IMG/VR virus record: IMGVR_UViG_3300029171_000011
Location: 1 to 51,812 of that record
DNA: 51,812 nucleotides
From: a virus
Lineage: Duplodnaviria > Caudoviricetes
Reading direction: 5' to 3' (one strand)
Part shown: positions 46,885-51,812 of the stretch, in pieces
Position numbering within the stretch: position 1 is the stretch's first letter
Layout of the letters: the number at the start of each line of letters is the position of its first letter
The notes under the pieces: generated by a model
Database searches by the model: none
What the model was told of the DNA's origin: nothing
What the model saw: only the letters and a program-made list of their open reading frames with translations
Translations under genes and position numbers: made by a program

Positions 46885-47489
46885 TGGGACTTTCCATTTT
46901 CGATATTGCCTGCACCAACGACTGCGACGAGGTACTGCTTCCTGCATTGCCGGAAGACCCGTTTTGCGTACCCGCGCCCGTACTTTCGGAGGTGAACAGC
47001 ATCATTTTAACCCGCGTTGGCGGGACTAATCCGATAGACTGGACGGTAAGCCCGGCGGAAGCCGTCGCTGATACCATAGACAATACCAACGACGATAACA
47101 CAAAGTCCCGTCAGTTGGTAGTGTCGGGTGAAATTCCTGACCATGAACCGGCGGTATACCTGGGCCCGAACTTTCAGGAAATGGTAGTGCGCCGGACTGA
47201 AACCGCCTCTTTGAATGTCCCTGTATCGGATGACAACTACGACTTCCTGCGCAACTTGCAATGCAGCAAGGTGCCGTCACAGTGGTACTTCCAGTATACA
47301 ACCTACGGGGGTAAGATTTTCGGGGGGGAGAACGGAATTACAATCAATGCAATGGATGTATTCTTTCCGAAAACGCGGGGACTTGACGGATATGAAATTG
47401 CGCGGCTGACAATTAAGTTCGAGTATGTTGTTGCGCCACAGCGCAGCGACAACCCGCTCGCAACAACCGGGGGCGTCGGTGGAGTTTAA
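46884..47489 (+). CDS. Probable major tail tube protein
   Basis: 201-aa acidic beta-protein; paralog of the next gene. Confidence 0.6.
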   Translation: MGLSIFDIACTNDCDEVLLPALPEDPFCVPAPVLSEVNSIILTRVGGTNPIDWTVSPAEAVADTIDNTNDDNTKSRQLVVSGEIPDHEPAVYLGPNFQEMVVRRTETASLNVPVSDDNYDFLRNLQCSKVPSQWYFQYTTYGGKIFGGENGITINAMDVFFPKTRGLDGYEIARLTIKFEYVVAPQRSDNPLATTGGVGGV

Positions 47490-48315
47490 TAACGCCTTTT
47501 TGGGGACGCTTGCCGCCCCGGCCTATATCGGCTCCCTGCCCGTGTCTACTGATCTGGGCGGGGGGCTGGCATTGTCGGAGGTGTGCAACATTTTATTACT
47601 TCCACTTGGCGGCGCGTTCCCCACTACCTGGTCTGACCTTGCCGCGTTACAGGCCGCAATTGATAACACCGATACCACGGGCGGATATGGGAAGTGGCTA
47701 CCGGGCAAAGGTTCGATTCCCGCTTCAAACGTGCTTACCGCTCCGATGGGAAGGCAGCACCTGAAAAAGGTGGGGGCGGAATACCAATTAACCTTTGAGG
47801 TGCCGATCTACTGCGCGGCGTATTACGAAGCCTGCCGGACTATCCAAAAAAATCCAACTTATTACAATTTATGGTTTTTTACCGTCGCGGGGTTCGGGTT
47901 CGGCGGAAGCAGCGGCATACGCCCGTACTACCTGCACTGCGACCTGCCGAAAGGTGGCAGCGATGGCGCGGTAGAAGTGGGGATTATTACCGTCCGCTGG
48001 CGCGCCGATGGCGACCCCGCGCGGGTATCAATGCCGGGGCTGAACGGCGGGACGGATGAAACAAGCGAACTAAGCATTACCATGTTTGCACAACAATTCA
48101 TATCAGTTTCTTCATCCACCCTAACGTGGACGCGGAATAACGGCGAGATACCGCCTTCGCCCTCGGTGCGCTTCCATGTGTTCCAAAACGGGCAAAAGCT
48201 GCTATCCGGCGCTTATGTTATCACAGAAGGAACGGGTGTCGGTGAAAGTGAGGTGGTTATTGATTCAACATACTATACAGATGGAAATACTTACGAAATT
48301 GTCGCCTATTTTTAG
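47479..48315 (+). CDS. Tail-tube paralog with C-terminal extension
   Basis: Shares LSEV, IDNT, GxIP and FGGxxGI motifs with 46884-47489; GTG start assumed. Confidence 0.6.
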   Translation: MEFNNAFLGTLAAPAYIGSLPVSTDLGGGLALSEVCNILLLPLGGAFPTTWSDLAALQAAIDNTDTTGGYGKWLPGKGSIPASNVLTAPMGRQHLKKVGAEYQLTFEVPIYCAAYYEACRTIQKNPTYYNLWFFTVAGFGFGGSSGIRPYYLHCDLPKGGSDGAVEVGIITVRWRADGDPARVSMPGLNGGTDETSELSITMFAQQFISVSSSTLTWTRNNGEIPPSPSVRFHVFQNGQKLLSGAYVITEGTGVGESEVVIDSTYYTDGNTYEIVAYF

Positions 48316-51133
48316 GCTGTTTTTCCTGCTTGCCCTCCCCGTTTTCGGCTATGCGCAGCAGTTCCCGGTCAATAATCAGAAAATTGTGCAGGGGGTAGGC
48401 ACCACGGCGCAGGGCGTTAGCTCTTACAGTTCCTCCCCTCCCACCGTCAACCCTGCCGCAACGACCTGGCGGCACGTTACATCATTGCACATGGACACGG
48501 TTAGGCAGGTGCAGTACATTTATAAGCGCCCGCGCTGGTATCCGATTAGCGTTGTGCGGGATACGGTAGCACCGCCCGCCACAAAGACAAGCGGCGCGGC
48601 CACAATTGACTATACGGAAAGCATCTGGCAAAATACGGTGGATTCCCTTACCTATTATTACGAAGAAGAAAATGCGTGTTGGCAGCCAATCGGCACTTAT
48701 TTAAGCAGCACTACCCCCGTAGATGTAGCCGCAACGGGTTCAACCGGCGCGATCTGTTACGGGTACGGGCTTTGGTACGACCCGGACGTGGATTCGATTT
48801 ACGCGCAGCAGGGCGCAACGTGGACGGCCATTGGCGCGGGTAGTGCGGGCGCGGTGGATAGCATTGTAGTGCTGCAAGATTCTATCATTGTCGGGTACTC
48901 GGAAGGGGTAGAGGTAACACGGGACACCATCGGCTACCCTGCCGGGGCTACCGTTACCGCATCCAACGGCCTTACCAAAACCGTGAATGATATTAAGTTA
49001 GGCGGCACACTGACAGGAAACACATTTGTTTCAGGTGCAAGTACATACGACCTTGATTTAACTGCTATGGACAGCCTTTCTATATCGTTTTCAAAGCGCT
49101 TGCTTATAACGCAAAACAGTCAGCGGTTCCTACACCAAACCGGCGGCGGTGGAGGTGGAGGTGTTTTCGAGAATCTATTCTTAGGCTATCAGGCAGGGTT
49201 TTCTGCACAAGGCACTGGGACGGGATACGCCAATACTATTATTGGACACAGGGCCGGATACGCTCTTACACTTATCTCGGCAGGCGGATTAACAACCGCA
49301 ACCTCGAACGTATTTCTGGGTTACACGGCAGGGCTTGGATGCACAAATTGTACAGGCAATACGTTTTTGGGTACCGCATCCGGCAGCGCAGCGGTTTCAA
49401 CTTACGCGAACACTTACGTCGGTTGGCACGCCGGTATTAACGCTACCGGTTCTTATAATACATTTTTAGGCCGAGATGCCGGGTCTACTGCGACTTCCTC
49501 CGAAACAGTCGCCGTAGGGGTTTTAGCTGGCAGCAAATCAAACGGGATACGCAATACCTTTTTGGGGGCGTACGCGGGGCAAGATATTGCGTCTGCCTCG
49601 CAGGAGAATGTTTTTATTGGATGGAAGGCGGGGGGAAATTCAGGCAATGTGTCAGCGGGTTATAATATTTTTATCGGAGCGGAAGCTGGATTTAACAATA
49701 CAACCGGAAACACAAACACGTTTGTCGGACGCAACGCTGGAAAGGCAAATACAACCGGCAACGTGAACACCTACATAGGAAATAATGCCGCCACGAACAT
49801 GACGACAGGTAGCAACAATATCTTAATTCAGGCTGGAGCAGCGGCGTTTCCATCCGCCACACAGTCTAATAGCATACTCATAGGCCCGAATATTTACGCG
49901 ACCGGTACTTATACCGGATCCGCGATGCGGATGGGAATTGGAAACGGGACATTTCGAGACCCACGGGCGACGCTACACGTTAGGGCGTACAACAAAAGCA
50001 TTAACGACACTACTTTTTGTGTTAGCAATAGCACGGCAGAGGCGTCCGTATATCATAACCTTTTTATCACATCGGATGGCAGAACCGTAGTACAAAACGA
50101 AACCGCTACAAACGTAGCACTCGAAGTGCCAAGCGGCGATACTGATTTTTATAACGACAGTCGAATCAGAGGGACTTTGGAAGTCAACACTCTTTCCGGC
50201 ACTGCAACACAGCTCGGTGCGTTCACGTCAGGCAACGTGGCCACAACCGCAACCCTCGGAGCCGGGCTGTCTTTCAGTTCCGGAACGCTGAACGGGGCGT
50301 TCCTACCCCTCACCCTGACAGGCGCAACCGAAGTAAACACCGCCGGGCAAACGCTCCGGATTCGGGACGCGGGGAGCTATCCGGATGTGTTTATGAACAA
50401 CACGTATTGGCTTGCCGCCTCATCTGCGCTAACATACATAAGCGTTGGAAGCGATCTCGATACAATAAGCATTGTAACGGACAGGGGAATAATCCTGAAC
50501 ACAAACGGGAACATTGACGCAATCGGGGATACATTAAAAATAGACGCTAACCTCGGAGATGGGCATGTTCGCATGACTGGCAACCTCGGAGTTGGCGACA
50601 TCACTAACGGAGACGGAATAACACTTGCGGCATACGCGGCGGGCAACATCCTTACAAGTGTAACAATAGACGGCACCGGAAATTCCGGGCTGTTATTCGA
50701 CGACGGGGCATTAACACTATCCAACAACCTGTCAGAAGTTGCAGACACCGTAACCCGAACCCTCGGAACCGGCCAGCAAATCTATGCTAACGGGTACGCA
50801 ACGTATTCTGGCAGTGGATTCACGTATAGCAGTGGGCGCATTACAAACGGCTCCGGCGCGTCTCGAATTTGCAAAATCCGGTACTATTTCACAGCGGAAA
50901 CGGCGGGGGTACTTACAGATGCGCTCACGGTTCGGGTAATGATTTGGGACGGCGCAACCTACATGGAACACCGGGCGGGACGGCTGACTATGACGTTAAA
51001 TGACGACTGGGAATTAACCGGATCAAAGGAGACGATTATCACGCTTCCTGACGGAGACGGGGTGAATATCGCATTCGATTCTACCGATGGCCTTGACGTT
51101 TCCAATTTTGGGTATGTGATTGAAAAAATCTAA
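48281..51133 (+). CDS. Tail fibre/adhesin-like protein (allele B) with N-terminal signal peptide
   Basis: MEILTKLSPIFRLFFLLALPVFGYA|QQ; many N(T/V)F(L/I)GxxAG beta-roll repeats of YadA-head/Bacteroidota fibre type; variable C-terminus. Confidence 0.8.
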   Translation: MEILTKLSPIFRLFFLLALPVFGYAQQFPVNNQKIVQGVGTTAQGVSSYSSSPPTVNPAATTWRHVTSLHMDTVRQVQYIYKRPRWYPISVVRDTVAPPATKTSGAATIDYTESIWQNTVDSLTYYYEEENACWQPIGTYLSSTTPVDVAATGSTGAICYGYGLWYDPDVDSIYAQQGATWTAIGAGSAGAVDSIVVLQDSIIVGYSEGVEVTRDTIGYPAGATVTASNGLTKTVNDIKLGGTLTGNTFVSGASTYDLDLTAMDSLSISFSKRLLITQNSQRFLHQTGGGGGGGVFENLFLGYQAGFSAQGTGTGYANTIIGHRAGYALTLISAGGLTTATSNVFLGYTAGLGCTNCTGNTFLGTASGSAAVSTYANTYVGWHAGINATGSYNTFLGRDAGSTATSSETVAVGVLAGSKSNGIRNTFLGAYAGQDIASASQENVFIGWKAGGNSGNVSAGYNIFIGAEAGFNNTTGNTNTFVGRNAGKANTTGNVNTYIGNNAATNMTTGSNNILIQAGAAAFPSATQSNSILIGPNIYATGTYTGSAMRMGIGNGTFRDPRATLHVRAYNKSINDTTFCVSNSTAEASVYHNLFITSDGRTVVQNETATNVALEVPSGDTDFYNDSRIRGTLEVNTLSGTATQLGAFTSGNVATTATLGAGLSFSSGTLNGAFLPLTLTGATEVNTAGQTLRIRDAGSYPDVFMNNTYWLAASSALTYISVGSDLDTISIVTDRGIILNTNGNIDAIGDTLKIDANLGDGHVRMTGNLGVGDITNGDGITLAAYAAGNILTSVTIDGTGNSGLLFDDGALTLSNNLSEVADTVTRTLGTGQQIYANGYATYSGSGFTYSSGRITNGSGASRICKIRYYFTAETAGVLTDALTVRVMIWDGATYMEHRAGRLTMTLNDDWELTGSKETIITLPDGDGVNIAFDSTDGLDVSNFGYVIEKI

Positions 51134-51138
51134 CAGGC

Positions 51139-51636
51139 ATGAAAAAGATACTTTTCCTATTCCTGCTTATCCCCGTGATGGCACAGGCGCAAAAGCCAGT
51201 ACAACTTCCGGTAAATTATTTTGACGGCGCGGCGATTATAAGCACAGGCGACACAATTCCGTACACATGGGCGCGGGGCATCGCTACACCTCCGGGAAGA
51301 CTGGAAGTTCGGGGCTACCCGCAAATATCGTACCCGTCACTGCGTGTACCCGACTGCGAAGCATGGGAAACGTTCAGCGCTTGGGAGGTAAAGAACTCGA
51401 ACATAATCATGTGTAATCACGCGTGGGCATACGCAGAATGGAACGAGGTCAACACGCTCGATTTGTTCACAACACTCGAAATGCCGCCGCCTTGCGGACG
51501 CACACGCCACGAAAACGAAGCCCGGATTTGTCGCACTTGCTTGCGGCATGAAACGCGGGTAAGGATGCACGGCATGAAAGAAGTAGAACGAAAATCAGAA
51601 TTTCAAACACTGCTTGAAAAAATAAACGACAGATGA
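51139..51636 (+). CDS. Secreted protein present only in allele B
   Basis: MKKILFLFLLIPVMAQA|QK signal; CNH...CRTC motif. Confidence 0.7.
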   Translation: MKKILFLFLLIPVMAQAQKPVQLPVNYFDGAAIISTGDTIPYTWARGIATPPGRLEVRGYPQISYPSLRVPDCEAWETFSAWEVKNSNIIMCNHAWAYAEWNEVNTLDLFTTLEMPPPCGRTRHENEARICRTCLRHETRVRMHGMKEVERKSEFQTLLEKINDR

Positions 51637-51795
51637 AAAGTATAATCTTAGCGGCTTTGATGCTGCTTTCTATTTCGGTTATTGCGCAAGAGCGAAGCCT
51701 CGACACCGACAGCCTCGGAGCGCTTACAAACGTGGCGGGCGTGTTCTTCCAAACCCGATTCCTTGTGTACAGTAACGGGGAATCAGAAACCTACA
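51633..51795 (+). CDS. 5' part of the allele-B copy of the 1213 gene with a different signal peptide
   Basis: MKSIILAALMLLSISVIA|QERSLDTD..., mature part identical to the 1213-1863 protein. Confidence 0.8.
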
Positions 51796-51812
51796 GATCG
51801 TGACTGGGAAAC
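51796..51812 (-). other. SISPA/random-amplification primer remnant (technical)
   Basis: GATCGTGACTGGGAAAC is the reverse complement of GTTTCCCAGTCACGATC. Confidence 0.92.

Noticed and set aside
48281-51133. Diversity-generating retroelement or shufflon acting on the fibre
   Set aside because: No reverse transcriptase or invertase; R1 copies are identical and direct, and later differences are not adenine-specific
1-51812. Stop-codon reassignment as in some Bacteroidota phages
   Set aside because: Large genes are intact in the standard code, all three stop codons end genes, and no suppressor tRNA is present

Overview
Essentially complete, circularly overlapping genome (about 50.3-50.4 kb) of a tailed dsDNA phage, probably siphovirus-like. 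The host is almost certainly Bacteroidota, from TAnnTTTG promoter boxes, A-rich leaders without Shine-Dalgarno, a BT4734/VirE_N-type primase and 'A|Q' signal-peptide cleavage sites. Recognisable genes: TerS, PBSX-type TerL, portal, MuF-like head protein, scaffold, major capsid, tail chaperone with -1 slippery site, tape measure, two paralogous tail-tube-like proteins, a long fibre/adhesin, holin, secreted S8 protease, replication initiator, primase-helicase, RuvC-like resolvase, two DNA methyltransferases, DUF5131, DUF1643, tRNA-Ser, tRNA-Trp and several tRNA-like RNAs. I found no integrase, DNA polymerase or endolysin. The contig ends carry two alternative alleles of the fibre C-terminus region (1-99 = 50252-50350; 1261-1372 = 51684-51795), followed by a SISPA primer remnant. 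Most unusual signals: (1) a 10-promoter regulon with 21-bp-period direct boxes (LytTR-like geometry) driving small-gene islands placed divergent from and convergent with scattered structural genes; (2) a membrane protein plus wHTH operon with an 11-bp-phased ACAGA array inside the gene and over its promoter; (3) Sec-signal-bearing proteins, including the fibre and a subtilase, in the virion/lysis module; (4) a cluster of remodelled tRNA-like RNAs. All protein calls come from motif recognition by eye; no database searches were run.
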